Under the pieces are notes generated by a model. It was given only the letters and a program-made list of their open reading frames with translations, made no database searches and was not told where the DNA came from. DNA of 64,000 nt from Elusimicrobia bacterium GWC2_61_19 (GTDB lineage Bacteria > Elusimicrobiota > Elusimicrobia > Elusimicrobiales > UBA9959). The translations under genes were made by a program, and so were the position numbers. The stretch's first letter is position 1; each line of letters starts with the position of its first letter. Where the stretch lies: assembly GCA_001799795.1 (NCBI GenBank), contig MGUD01000018.1, forward strand, positions 2,647-66,646, written 5' to 3'. This document shows positions 15,764 to 24,825 of the stretch, piece after piece.

Positions 15764-17817
15764 AATCACATTGGAAAAAACGCGAGACGCGCGGCGCCTC
15801 CGGCGGCCATGAGGCCATAGTTGAAGGCGTAATACAGCACAAGGGCACCTTCGCCTTCCTCCTCTCGGAGAAAGAGGGCGTGGGCGACGTCTTTATCCGC
15901 GGCCGCGGGCTGGACCTGGCCATGGACGGGGACCGCGTTCAGGCGCGGGTGCGGCCCGAAAAGAGCGGCCGCCTGGCCGGCGAGATCATCGCCGTGGTAA
16001 AACGCGCGCACAGCTCCATGGTGGGCATACTCAGGAAAGTAAGGGACACCTGGGCGCTGTTCCCCGAAAAGGGCAACGCGCCGCCCGCGCTGGTAAACGG
16101 CTTCGCCCAGAAAATAACCCCGATAGAGGGGGCTTTCGCCGTGCTGGAGGTCAAACACTGGCCCGAGGGCGGCAACCCCGCCTCCGGCCTGGTTACCGAA
16201 ATACTGGGCGACCCGGGCGACGTGCGCGCCCGCATAGACTCCATCCTGCGCGCCAAGGGCATAGAAGAGGTCTTTCCTCCGGAAGTTATAGCCCAGGCCG
16301 AAAGTTTCGGCGCCCGGCTTGAGCCCGAGCAATGGAAGGACAGGGAGAACCTGATCGACCTGCCCATTTGCACCATAGACGGGGCAGACGCCAAGGACTT
16401 CGACGACGCGGTCTCGCTTGAGGACCTGGGCGGCGGGACACTGCGCCTGGGCGTGCACATCGCGGACGTGGGCCATTACGTTAAGACCGGAACCGCGCTT
16501 GACGCGGAAGCCTACGAGCGCGCCACCAGCGTTTATTTGCCCGACCGGGTCGTGCCCATGTTGCCGCCGGCGCTGTCCGACAATCTCTGCAGCCTGGTGC
16601 CGCGCCAGGAGCGGCTGACCATGTCGGCCTTCATGGATATAAACTCGGCCGGCAAAGTAACGAAGAGGCGCCTGGCCCAAACCGTCATACGCTCGTGGCG
16701 CCGGTTCACTTACGAGGAGATCCAGACCCTTATAGACGGCGGCAAAGTGCCGGACGTACCCAAAGCCGTGGAAGAAGCCGTCATGCGCATGAGCGACCTG
16801 ACCGACGTGCTGTACAAGCGGCGCGTGGCCCGCGGGGCCCTGGACTTCAACCTGCCGGAATACAAGATCAACGCGGACCCGCACGGCAGGCCGCTGGGCG
16901 TAAGCCTGCGGCCGCGGCTCAAGAGCCACCGCCTGATAGAGGAATTCATGCTGCTGGCCAACGAGGCCGTGGCCACGGAACTCTATGCCGCTAAAATGCC
17001 GTTCCTGCACCGCCGGCACGATTCGCCGGACCCGCTGAAGCTGAAGGCGCTGTCCGCCGCGCTGGGCGAGCTGGGCCTGACCGCCGGGCACATCGAGGGC
17101 GCCAACGCGCAGAAAGGCCTGCAGGATGTGCTGCGCCAGGCGGAGAACCACCCGCTGACCAATATCATAAACTCGCTGATGGTACGCAGCATGCGCCAGG
17201 CCGTTTACTCGCCGGAGTCCGAGGGGCACTTCGGCATAGCCACGCGCTTCTATTCGCACTTTACGTCGCCCATACGCCGCTACCCGGACCTGATGACGCA
17301 CCGCGCCGTCAAGGCGCTGCTGGCGGGCAAAAAAGAGAACCACGGGGCGCTGCCGCTGGATAAGGCCGGGGTGCACTGCTCGGAACGCGAGCGCGCCGCC
17401 GCCGACGCCGAGCATAAGTCGGTGGATATCATGCGGGCCGAAATGATGAAGGAACTTGTGGGTTCCATAATGGACGGGGCCGTTACCACCGTTATCGACA
17501 GCGGGGCTTTCATAATGCTGGGCAGCACCGGCGCCGAAGGCCTGCTGCGCGTGAACGGCCTGAAGCCGGGCACCAAGGTGAAAGTGATGATAGCCGCGGT
17601 GGACACGGCGGAGGGCAAGATAGACCTGTCGCTGGAAGGCGCCCCCGGCGCCGGAGTCAGTGCGGCTCCGCGCGGCGGTCAGGGCCGCCAAACCCGCGGC
17701 GGCCGGCCCGGCCAGCGGCCCGGCGCGCCGCTCAACTTCGCCCGCGTCGCGCGCAACAAAGCCGGCGGCAAGGGCCGAGGCCGCGGCAGAGGCAGGGGCC
17801 GCGGAGGCGCAAGGTAA
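15760..17817 (+). CDS. rnr: Ribonuclease R
   Basis: RNB-domain motifs (CTIDGADAKDFDDAVS, HFGIA...YSHFTSPIRRYPDL), a C-terminal S1-like region and an RG-rich basic tail. It overlaps the upstream stop by 4 nt. Confidence 0.9.
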   Translation: MKSHWKKRETRGASGGHEAIVEGVIQHKGTFAFLLSEKEGVGDVFIRGRGLDLAMDGDRVQARVRPEKSGRLAGEIIAVVKRAHSSMVGILRKVRDTWALFPEKGNAPPALVNGFAQKITPIEGAFAVLEVKHWPEGGNPASGLVTEILGDPGDVRARIDSILRAKGIEEVFPPEVIAQAESFGARLEPEQWKDRENLIDLPICTIDGADAKDFDDAVSLEDLGGGTLRLGVHIADVGHYVKTGTALDAEAYERATSVYLPDRVVPMLPPALSDNLCSLVPRQERLTMSAFMDINSAGKVTKRRLAQTVIRSWRRFTYEEIQTLIDGGKVPDVPKAVEEAVMRMSDLTDVLYKRRVARGALDFNLPEYKINADPHGRPLGVSLRPRLKSHRLIEEFMLLANEAVATELYAAKMPFLHRRHDSPDPLKLKALSAALGELGLTAGHIEGANAQKGLQDVLRQAENHPLTNIINSLMVRSMRQAVYSPESEGHFGIATRFYSHFTSPIRRYPDLMTHRAVKALLAGKKENHGALPLDKAGVHCSERERAAADAEHKSVDIMRAEMMKELVGSIMDGAVTTVIDSGAFIMLGSTGAEGLLRVNGLKPGTKVKVMIAAVDTAEGKIDLSLEGAPGAGVSAAPRGGQGRQTRGGRPGQRPGAPLNFARVARNKAGGKGRGRGRGRGRGGAR

Positions 17818-17844
17818 GTAATAAGGCCCGCGCCAGTACGCAAT

Positions 17845-17876
17845 AAAAAACCGGAGGGGTGACCCTCCGGTTTTTT
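17845..17876. terminator. Bidirectional intrinsic terminator
   Basis: aaaaaa-ccggaggg-gtga-ccctccgg-tttttt, lying between convergent rnr and the PAP2 gene. Confidence 0.8.
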
Positions 17877-17892
17877 ATTGCGGCTCAAAGTC

Positions 17893-18639
17893 CTACTTTA
17901 CCAGCAGGGCTTTCATTCTTTCTATATCTTTGCGGTAGGCCTCGGATTTAAGGAGATCGGCGTGGTAGAGGTCGCCGAAGACCTTGCCGGCGGCTATGTC
18001 GGTGGGGAAATGCACACCGCCTATCACGCGGTCCTGGGCTATCTCGTCGGCCTTGGCGAAGAACTCGGGCTTACGCTCCGGCACGATGTCGGTCATCACA
18101 TTGGCGAAAACCCTGGAGAACGAGGAATGACCGCTGGGGTAGGAGAAGCCGCCGCTTCTCTTTATGCAGGGCTCGGCCTGGCCGGGATAGGCCTTGAACG
18201 GCCGCAGGCGCTGGTAGCGGTCCTTGATGTTGGTGACGGCGCTGTCGAGGTCCAGGGTCAGGCGGTCGAAGAACTCCACCACTTCGGCCGGCAGCGGCTC
18301 GGGGAACGGGCTTTTGGCGCCCCAGAAAGCATCGTAAGTGGATTTAGCGGTTTTCTTGGCCTTCTTGCAATCCGCGGCCGTGCGCTTGCTCTGCCAATCC
18401 ATTATCGCCGCGATATCGGCTTTCTGGACGTCGGAATCGAAAGCGGGGGGAGGGGCGAACTCCACGGTCTTGAACTGTTCGGCCTCCACATAGTATGTCC
18501 GTGTGGGTACGAGATGGGCCCTTTTAAGGGCGATCCTCGCCGTGGGCGAAGAGCAGGAGCTGGCGCCCAGCGCCAGCGCGATAAACACCAAAGCCAGTTG
18601 TTTTTTCCTGAAGATCATACCCAAATTGTACAAAATCAA
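17893..18639 (-). CDS. PAP2-family (class A acid phosphatase-like) exported phosphatase
   Basis: Motifs KDRYQRLRPF, SYPSGHSSFS and RVIGGVHFPTD. N-terminal signal or lipoprotein-like segment. Alternative start at the internal MIFRKK. Confidence 0.8.
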   Translation of the reverse strand: MILYNLGMIFRKKQLALVFIALALGASSCSSPTARIALKRAHLVPTRTYYVEAEQFKTVEFAPPPAFDSDVQKADIAAIMDWQSKRTAADCKKAKKTAKSTYDAFWGAKSPFPEPLPAEVVEFFDRLTLDLDSAVTNIKDRYQRLRPFKAYPGQAEPCIKRSGGFSYPSGHSSFSRVFANVMTDIVPERKPEFFAKADEIAQDRVIGGVHFPTDIAAGKVFGDLYHADLLKSEAYRKDIERMKALLVK

Positions 18640-18790
18640 AGCTCCGTCAACCTTGACAATAAATCTTCCCCGCGGCCTGTGAAGTATCCGAATTACCCGC
18701 CTAATTTAACGCGACACTACGGTGTCGGGATGACCTGCTATGCTTAAAAGGAGATTAAGAGTTAATTTAAACAGAGTCTGAAAATAGGCC

Positions 18791-18819
18791 TTGCGTATAC
18801 AAGATATATCATGTATACT
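18791..18819 (+). promoter_or_regulatory. Promoter/operator of the toxin-antitoxin pair
   Basis: TTGCGT, 17-nt spacer, TATACT. Two GTATAC palindromes bracket the spacer as a possible operator. GGGAAGGGGG SD precedes ATG 18840. Confidence 0.5.
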
Positions 18820-18839
18820 ATTTTCGGGAAGGGGGCGGG

Positions 18840-19178
18840 ATGTATTCTGTTGAATTTTACCAGACCCCGGGCGGAGAGTATCCCGCGCGCGACTTCCTGG
18901 CGCAACTGCAGGCTAAGGTCAGGGCCAAAGTCGCAAAGTGGCTTCAACTGCTACAGGAGGAAGGGCCGGACCTAAAAAGACCGTACGCGGATATGCTGCA
19001 TGACGGCATAAGGGAATTGCGGGTCTCGTTCGGACATATTGAAGTTCGGCTGTTATACTTTATAGACGGCAAAGCCATAGTTCTGAGCCATGGCTTCTTA
19101 AAAAAGACCCTGCAGACGCCGGTTATGGAAATTGAAAGGTCAAAGAGATACCGCGCCGACTGGCTTAGAGCAAAGTGA
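18840..19178 (+). CDS. Gp49/HigB-like RelE-superfamily toxin
   Basis: The pattern YSVEFYQTPGGEYPARDFL...IRELRV...VRLLYFIDGKAIVLSHGFLKKT is typical of phage Gp49-like/HigB toxins. Confidence 0.75.
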   Translation: MYSVEFYQTPGGEYPARDFLAQLQAKVRAKVAKWLQLLQEEGPDLKRPYADMLHDGIRELRVSFGHIEVRLLYFIDGKAIVLSHGFLKKTLQTPVMEIERSKRYRADWLRAK

Positions 19179-19185
19179 GAAATTT

Positions 19186-19470
19186 ATGAAAAATAAAAAA
19201 CTGCTTCTAAACACCTGGCTCAAAGGTGAACTAAAAAATAAGGAATTCAAAAAAGCTTTCGACGCGGAAGACATCCGCGCGCGCCTGGCCCTGCTGATAG
19301 CCGAAAAACGCCACAAACTGGGCGTAAGCCAAGCCGAGCTGGCCCGCCGCATCCACACAAAACAGCAGGTAGTCTCGGACATCGAAACCCTGAAGCACTC
19401 GAACATAACCATCCTGACCCTGGACAAAATAGCCAAAGCCCTGAACAGCCACCTGACGATCTCTTTCTAA
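19186..19470 (+). CDS. XRE-family HTH antitoxin (HigA-like)
   Basis: ATG at 19186, 8 nt after the toxin stop and in frame with listed ORF 19132..19470. HTH segment LGVSQAELARRIHTKQQVVSDIE. Confidence 0.75.
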   Translation: MKNKKLLLNTWLKGELKNKEFKKAFDAEDIRARLALLIAEKRHKLGVSQAELARRIHTKQQVVSDIETLKHSNITILTLDKIAKALNSHLTISF

Positions 19471-19690
19471 GGTAATAGGTGTCTGTCCCTAGTTAAGTTA
19501 TATAAAGGGGCTGATACCCCAAAATGCTAAAAATCAAGACCTGACCCCAGTGCACAATGTGCCGCTGTTAATCTCGCGTATCGTAGTACTCCCGATATGC
19601 CTTTCTTTTTTTAAGATCTAAAAAATCCCGCAGCGGCCGCCCGTTTTCATATTTCCAAAGCGTAATGGAACAAAATCAACGCACGCGAAA

Positions 19691-19836
19691 CCGGAGGGGG
19701 CTGCCGGGGGTATGGCCCTGAGCACCCGTTGCGGAAAGGGGGCCCCAGCCTAATTTTCCCGGCTGGGGGGAAACCGACGCAAGGGTTTCCTCTGCCCGGG
19801 TGAGCAGGGCCATACCCCCGACAGCCCCCCGACCGG
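19691..19836 (+). ncRNA. Unclassified highly structured element (long closing helix plus three-way junction); candidate sRNA or cis-regulatory RNA
   Basis: 19696-19720 pairs with 19805-19829 (25 bp, 1 mismatch). CCGG/CCGG and cacccg/cgggtg extend the helix across a tandem A-G/A-G internal loop. Inner hairpins lie at 19743-19768 and 19769-19790. Strand uncertain. Confidence 0.35.
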
Positions 19837-19875
19837 GCATCCTTGCGGACCTAAAACCAAAGTTATTCTAAGCTT

Positions 19876-19898
19876 CCCCGCTCATTGCGGGGATTTTT
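19876..19898 (+). terminator. Intrinsic terminator downstream of the structured element
   Basis: ccccgc-tcatt-gcgggg followed by attttta. Confidence 0.6.
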
Positions 19899-19934
19899 AT
19901 TGTAAACGCGCTTGAATTTTTAAATAATAGACAT

Positions 19935-21104
19935 ATGACACCGGCCATTAACGAGAAGAGGATGGTGCAGCTGTTCTGCGACCTGGCGCGCATCACGTCG
20001 CTTTCCGGCAAAGAAGGCGCCATAGCGCGGCGCCTCTCCATACTCCTTAAATTCATGGGCGCCGAGGTCTTCATAGACGACGCCGGCCGTAAGATAGGCG
20101 GCGAGACCGGCAACCTCATAGCCCGCTTCCCCGGCACCGCCCCCGGCGAACCCTTTTTACTCTCGGCCCACATGGACACCGTAGGCCCCGCCGACAACGT
20201 CCGACCCGTAGTACACAAAGACCGCGTCACCTCAGACGGCACCACCATACTCGGCGCCGACTGCAAAGCCGGCATAGCCATCATCCTCGAGGTCATCAAG
20301 ACCCTCGACGAGAACAAGATCCCTCACCCGCCCATAGAAGCCGTCTTCACCATCAGCGAGGAAATGGCCCTCATGGGCGCCAAGTACCTGGACTACTCCA
20401 AGCTCCGCTCGCGCTACGGGCTCATCTTCGACAACGAACAGGGCCTCGAGAACGTCATCACCAGCGCCCCCGCCGCCGACGCCATGGAAATAAAAGTCTA
20501 CGGCGCCGCCGCCCACTCCGGTGTAGCCCCCGAAAAAGGCATCTCCGCCATCAAGGTGGTTTCCGACGCCATCTCCGGCATGAAGCTTGGCCGCATAGAC
20601 TCCGAGACCACCGCCAACATCGGCTTCATCTCCGGCGGCAACGCCATCAACATCATACCGCCCCTGGTGGAACTCTCCGGCGAAGCCCGCAGCCACGACC
20701 CAGCCAAACTGAAGAAACAGACCCGCCACATGGAAGACTGCCTCAAGCGGGCCGTCAAAAAGATAAAGATCCGCGCCGACGGGAAAATGATCATCCCCCG
20801 CTACGAATTCCTCATAGAGCAGAAATTCCCGCACCTGCGCATAGACAAGGCCAACCCCGTGCTGGCCCTCATCTCAAGCGCCCTGCGCGACGAAGGCCTT
20901 AAGATGAAACCCTCGGCCTCCGGCGGCGGCACCGACGGGAACATCCTCTACGGCCACGGCATCAAAGCCCCCATCCTGTCCACCGGCATGCGTGACGTCC
21001 ACACCACCCACGAATACCTCGACCTCAAAGATTTCTTCGGCTGCGCCCGCCTCACCCTGAAAGTGATCTCCAGCTGGACGCAGCGCGAATACGCGAAGAA
21101 TTAA
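19935..21104 (+). CDS. M20-family metallopeptidase (peptidase T-like)
   Basis: Motifs LLSAHMDTV and GADCKAGIA, and a PepT-like length. AATAAT lies 6 nt upstream of the ATG and there is no SD. Confidence 0.75.
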   Translation: MTPAINEKRMVQLFCDLARITSLSGKEGAIARRLSILLKFMGAEVFIDDAGRKIGGETGNLIARFPGTAPGEPFLLSAHMDTVGPADNVRPVVHKDRVTSDGTTILGADCKAGIAIILEVIKTLDENKIPHPPIEAVFTISEEMALMGAKYLDYSKLRSRYGLIFDNEQGLENVITSAPAADAMEIKVYGAAAHSGVAPEKGISAIKVVSDAISGMKLGRIDSETTANIGFISGGNAINIIPPLVELSGEARSHDPAKLKKQTRHMEDCLKRAVKKIKIRADGKMIIPRYEFLIEQKFPHLRIDKANPVLALISSALRDEGLKMKPSASGGGTDGNILYGHGIKAPILSTGMRDVHTTHEYLDLKDFFGCARLTLKVISSWTQREYAKN

Positions 21105-21111
21105 AAGAACT

Positions 21112-21687
21112 ATGGCTCATATTTTCGACCCCGAGGAAAGACATAAACTGGACAACGCCGACCGGCGCGCGGTGATGCCGCCGGAAGAAACCCTGGTGAA
21201 GGCCGGCATAAAGCCCGGCGACGTGGTGCTGGACATCGGCTGCGGCATGGGCTACTTCGCCATCCCCGCCGCAAAAATGGTGGGCCCCAAAGGCCTCGTC
21301 TACGCGCTGGACATTTCCGGCGTGATGCTGGCCGAACTCCGTTCAAAAACGGCCTCCACCGGCATATTCAACATACACACGCTGCAGACGCAGCACGGCA
21401 AACTGGCCATACCGGAAGTGGACTACACCCTGGCGCTGCTGTCCAACGTCCTGCACGAGGTGGATGACAAGAAGGTTTTCCTGGCCGCCATCGGCGCGGC
21501 GCTTAAACCCGGAACGCGCCTGGCCGTGATAGAGTGGAAGAAGGCGCAGACCCCGGCCGGCCCGCCCGTAAAAGAAAGGATCTCCGAGGACGAGATACAG
21601 GTGCTGCTGAAAAAAGCCGGCTTTACCGAACCTGTCACCTCCGACCTCACACCGTCGAGCTGCCTCTACACCTGCGTCAAGGCATGA
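21112..21687 (+). CDS. Class I SAM-dependent methyltransferase
   Basis: Motif I VLDIGCGMGYFAIPAA, with post-I and motif II patterns. Confidence 0.8.
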   Translation: MAHIFDPEERHKLDNADRRAVMPPEETLVKAGIKPGDVVLDIGCGMGYFAIPAAKMVGPKGLVYALDISGVMLAELRSKTASTGIFNIHTLQTQHGKLAIPEVDYTLALLSNVLHEVDDKKVFLAAIGAALKPGTRLAVIEWKKAQTPAGPPVKERISEDEIQVLLKKAGFTEPVTSDLTPSSCLYTCVKA

Positions 21688-23105
21688 AATACCGCAACCG
21701 GTTCCTCGCAGTAATTTCCGGGCTCCTCCTGGCCGCGTCGTTCGCGCCTTTCGGCGCCGGCGGACTCGCCTGGCTGGCCCTGGCCCCTCTGTTTTACGCC
21801 GTCCTGGACACCGGCGGGATGGTGGCCGCCGCCCGCCTGGGCGCGCTGGCCGGTCTGGTCTTCTACTCGGTCTCCCTGGTCTGGATGACGACGGTGGTGC
21901 ATTACCTGGCCATAGTGTTCTGGGGCGTGTTCGCCCTGTGGCTGGCGCTGCACGCGGCCGTCATACGCGGTCTGTGGGACCTGGCCCGGAAACGGGGAGG
22001 AGGGCCGTGGAGCGCGCTGGCCTGGGCGGCCTCGTCCGGCGTGGTCTGGGCCGGCATAGAATATTTCCGTTCGGAACTCTGGCCGCTGGCCTGCCCCTGG
22101 CTGGGCATCGGCTACAGCCAGATGTACAGCCCGCCGGCGCTGCAGTCCCTGAGCGTCTGGGGCGTGTACGGCCTTTCGGCCTTTATCGTGGCGGCCAACT
22201 CCGCCTGGGCGCTGGCGCCGCGCAAACTGCGGCTGCCCGCCGGTTTTTTCCTTGCCGCTCTCATCCTCGTCACCGCCTGGGGCAAACACCGCCTGGCCGT
22301 CCTGCCGGCGGAGAACGGAACCCCTGTAAAAGTGGCGCTGGTGCAGGCCGAGCGCGCGGATATCGACAAGCTGGCAAAACTCAGCCTTACCCCTGAGGCC
22401 GCCGCGGCCGACCTGCTGGTCTGGCCGGAATGCTCGGTGATGATGCCCGCCGCCGACAGCCCGGACTACGTCGCGCTGATAGCGAAAAGGCTCAGACCCT
22501 CCAAAGCCGAAGCCGTCATCGGCGTCTGCGTGGACGCCAATAAGGCCCGGGGCATAAAACGCGCGAATTTCACCCTGGTGCTGGGCCGCGACAAAAAGAC
22601 CTTAGGCGTCTACAATAAAATGCACCCCGTGCAGTTCGTGGAGACCGGCCTGCCGGAGAATAAAACACCGGCGCCGGTGGCCACGCCGCTGGGCAGGCTG
22701 GGCCCGCAGATCTGCTACGACCTGGCCTTCGAGGACGGGACCAGGAAGATGACCGCCCAGGGCGCGCAGCTGCTGATAGTACCGACGCTGGACCCGATGG
22801 AATGGAGCGAGTGGCAGCATCGTCAGCATTCGGACATGTCCGCGGCGCGGGCCGTGGAAGCCGGCCTCTGGCTGGTGCGGTCGGCCTCTTCCGGCTATTC
22901 CCAGGTCATAGACCGGCTGGGCTATGTCCGCGCGGAACTTGCGACCGGCAAGGAAGGCGCGCTGACGGCCGCAGTTTACGTGGGCGACGGGGGGACTTTC
23001 TACACAAGGGCCGGCTGGCTGTTCGCCCCTTTCGCTTTCGCCTTCGCGCTGGCCGCGGCGGCCTGGCTGGCGTTGTGCGCTTTCAGAGCAGGTAAACCGA
23101 CTTAG
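21684..23105 (+). CDS. lnt: Apolipoprotein N-acyltransferase
   Basis: ATG 21684 overlaps the upstream stop (ATGA). Multi-TM N-terminus plus a CN-hydrolase domain (VALVQAE..., PQICYDLAFED). The longer listed ORF start at 21534 was rejected. Confidence 0.85.
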   Translation: MKYRNRFLAVISGLLLAASFAPFGAGGLAWLALAPLFYAVLDTGGMVAAARLGALAGLVFYSVSLVWMTTVVHYLAIVFWGVFALWLALHAAVIRGLWDLARKRGGGPWSALAWAASSGVVWAGIEYFRSELWPLACPWLGIGYSQMYSPPALQSLSVWGVYGLSAFIVAANSAWALAPRKLRLPAGFFLAALILVTAWGKHRLAVLPAENGTPVKVALVQAERADIDKLAKLSLTPEAAAADLLVWPECSVMMPAADSPDYVALIAKRLRPSKAEAVIGVCVDANKARGIKRANFTLVLGRDKKTLGVYNKMHPVQFVETGLPENKTPAPVATPLGRLGPQICYDLAFEDGTRKMTAQGAQLLIVPTLDPMEWSEWQHRQHSDMSAARAVEAGLWLVRSASSGYSQVIDRLGYVRAELATGKEGALTAAVYVGDGGTFYTRAGWLFAPFAFAFALAAAAWLALCAFRAGKPT

Positions 23106-23120
23106 ACTGGAGACTACCAC

Positions 23121-24590
23121 ATGACAGAGACAAAAGAAGAATCTTTCATCGGCAAATTCATGGTGCTGAAGGGCTCCATACGCGAACTCTGGATCATCTT
23201 CGGCACCAAGATCATGACGATATTGGCGTACAGCCTGGTAAACTCCGTGCTGGTGCTGTGGCTCTCCTCCGACCTGCGCCTCTCCGACAAGAGCGCGGGC
23301 TGGATCATAGGCTACTGGTCCATCATAATGACGGCCTTTACCGTGATGGTGGGGTCGCTGGTGGACGCGGTGGGCATACGCAAATCTCTGATAGCTGGCT
23401 TCGGCCTGGCGGCGCTGGCGCGCCTGGTGATGGCCTTCTTCGCCGCCAAGTGGATAGCCGTGCCGTTCGGCCTGTTCCCGCTGGCCCTTGGCGAGGCGCT
23501 GCAGACCCCGGTGATGGTAGCGGCGGTAAGACGCTTTACCACGACGAAGCAGCGCTCCATCGCCTTCTCGATGTACTACTCGATGATGAACGTCGGCTTC
23601 GCGATAGCGAGCTACGTGGTGGACAAGGTGCGCGGTGGCATGGGCGAGTACGGCCACTTCACGGTGCCCTACCTGGGCATGCAGATCAGCACCTACCAGA
23701 CCATCATCCTGCTGGGCATGTTCTGTACCCTGCCCAACCTGGTGCTGACCTGGATCGCCATGCGCGAAGGCGTGGAGGCCACCGACGAGGGGGTAAAGGT
23801 AACGCCCGCCGTCAGCAAATACGGCGGTGAGGGTTTCATGACCGCCTTCCTGCTGTCCTGCCGCGACGCGGCCAGGGACTGGTGGAGGATCTTCAGCGCG
23901 CTGTGGAGCCAGCCCACCTTCTACCGCTTCCTCACCTTCTTTGGTTTCGTAGTGTTCACGAAGCTCATCCTTTATCATTTCTACTACACCTTCCCCAAGG
24001 TGGTCATCCGCGAGCTCGGGGAGGGCGCGCCCTTCGCGCGGCTGTTCGGCTTCCTGAACGCGGTGGTGGTGATCATCCTGGCCCCCGTGGTGGGCGCGCT
24101 GACGCAGAAGTTCACGGCCTACAGGACCGTCATCATCGGCACCACTATAGCCGGCCTTTCCATCTTCCTGATGGCCCTGCCTCCGGCCACGTTCCAGCCG
24201 CTGGCGGGCGGGCCGTTCGGCGCGGTGATCTCCTGGTGGCTGGACCTGAAGGGCCCGCTGCACCCGCTTTACGCGGGCATAGTGCTGTGCGTGCTCATTT
24301 ATTCCGTGGGCGAATGCTTCTACTCCCCGCGCCTCTACGAGTACCCGGCGGCCATAGCGCCCAAGGGGCAGGAAGGCTCTTACCTTGCCCTCTCGATGCT
24401 GCCGTACTTCTTCGCCAAGTTCCTGGCGGGCGGCCTCTCCGGCTATCTGCTGGCCGCCTACTGCCCGCCCGAAGGCCCGCGCAATTCCCAGATGATCTGG
24501 GTGTGGGTGGCGGGCATGGCCCTTATCACCCCTATCGGCCTTCTGCTGGCCAGGCGCTACATACAGGTGCACGAGGCGGGCCGGGAATAA
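23121..24590 (+). CDS. MFS-type transporter (POT-like N-terminal motif)
   Basis: 12-TM-like profile. N-terminal RELWIIFGTKIMTILAYSLV resembles the POT ExxERF region. Substrate unknown. Confidence 0.7.
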   Translation: MTETKEESFIGKFMVLKGSIRELWIIFGTKIMTILAYSLVNSVLVLWLSSDLRLSDKSAGWIIGYWSIIMTAFTVMVGSLVDAVGIRKSLIAGFGLAALARLVMAFFAAKWIAVPFGLFPLALGEALQTPVMVAAVRRFTTTKQRSIAFSMYYSMMNVGFAIASYVVDKVRGGMGEYGHFTVPYLGMQISTYQTIILLGMFCTLPNLVLTWIAMREGVEATDEGVKVTPAVSKYGGEGFMTAFLLSCRDAARDWWRIFSALWSQPTFYRFLTFFGFVVFTKLILYHFYYTFPKVVIRELGEGAPFARLFGFLNAVVVIILAPVVGALTQKFTAYRTVIIGTTIAGLSIFLMALPPATFQPLAGGPFGAVISWWLDLKGPLHPLYAGIVLCVLIYSVGECFYSPRLYEYPAAIAPKGQEGSYLALSMLPYFFAKFLAGGLSGYLLAAYCPPEGPRNSQMIWVWVAGMALITPIGLLLARRYIQVHEAGRE

Positions 24591-24603
24591 CCCTAACTAC
24601 GCT

Positions 24604-24733
24604 GGCGTGACAAGGGTGCCGGATAAGCAAAACCGTCGTTGAGCCCGCCGCTTGCATAAGCGCGGCGGGCGAATACCGAGTGAGGGCACGGTGTGCCCGA
24701 ACGCGTTTTGCGTTCCGGCACCCTTGGCGCGCC
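24604..24733 (+). other. Y-shaped GC-rich stem-loop structure in the MFS 3' region / ligase 5' region
   Basis: caagggtgccgga (24611-24623) pairs with tccggcacccttg (24714-24726). gcaaaac/gttttgc extends the helix. Inner hairpins at 24643-24670 and 24684-24698. Confidence 0.35.
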
Positions 24734-24825
24734 TGGAGTCCCGTTATTTTGGTTACAAGGTCTTTAATAAACGCTATTTATTATCTACAATTTACTCTTA
24801 ACATGCGTTCCGGAGGCGCCAACAA

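Noticed and set aside
15766-17691. 641-aa minus-strand ORF
   Set aside because: It is antisense to RNase R, which carries unambiguous RNB motifs. Shadow ORF.
19691-19836. Assignment of the structured element to a known RNA class (SRP, 6S, tmRNA, Y RNA, hammerhead, or cobalamin/TPP/c-di-GMP/glycine riboswitches)
   Set aside because: The core consensus elements I recall are absent or broken: GGAAGCAGC of SRP, CUGAUGA...GAAA of hammerhead (here CUGAGCA fails at the G8 position), the B12 box, and the T-arm GTTCGA of Y RNA. It is left unclassified.
18640-19934. Calling the toxin-antitoxin islet a mobile element
   Set aside because: No integrase or transposase, terminal repeats or target duplication could be seen. 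Only a compositional shift and the TA genes support the idea, so it is reported as a finding only.
21534-21683. Upstream extension of the lnt ORF
   Set aside because: It overlaps the methyltransferase gene in another frame and translates to Arg-rich sequence. ATG 21684 gives the expected Lnt N-terminus and an ATGA overlap.
22602-24572. 656-aa minus-strand ORF
   Set aside because: It is antisense to lnt and the MFS transporter, with low-complexity Arg/Gly/His-rich translation. GC-driven shadow frame.
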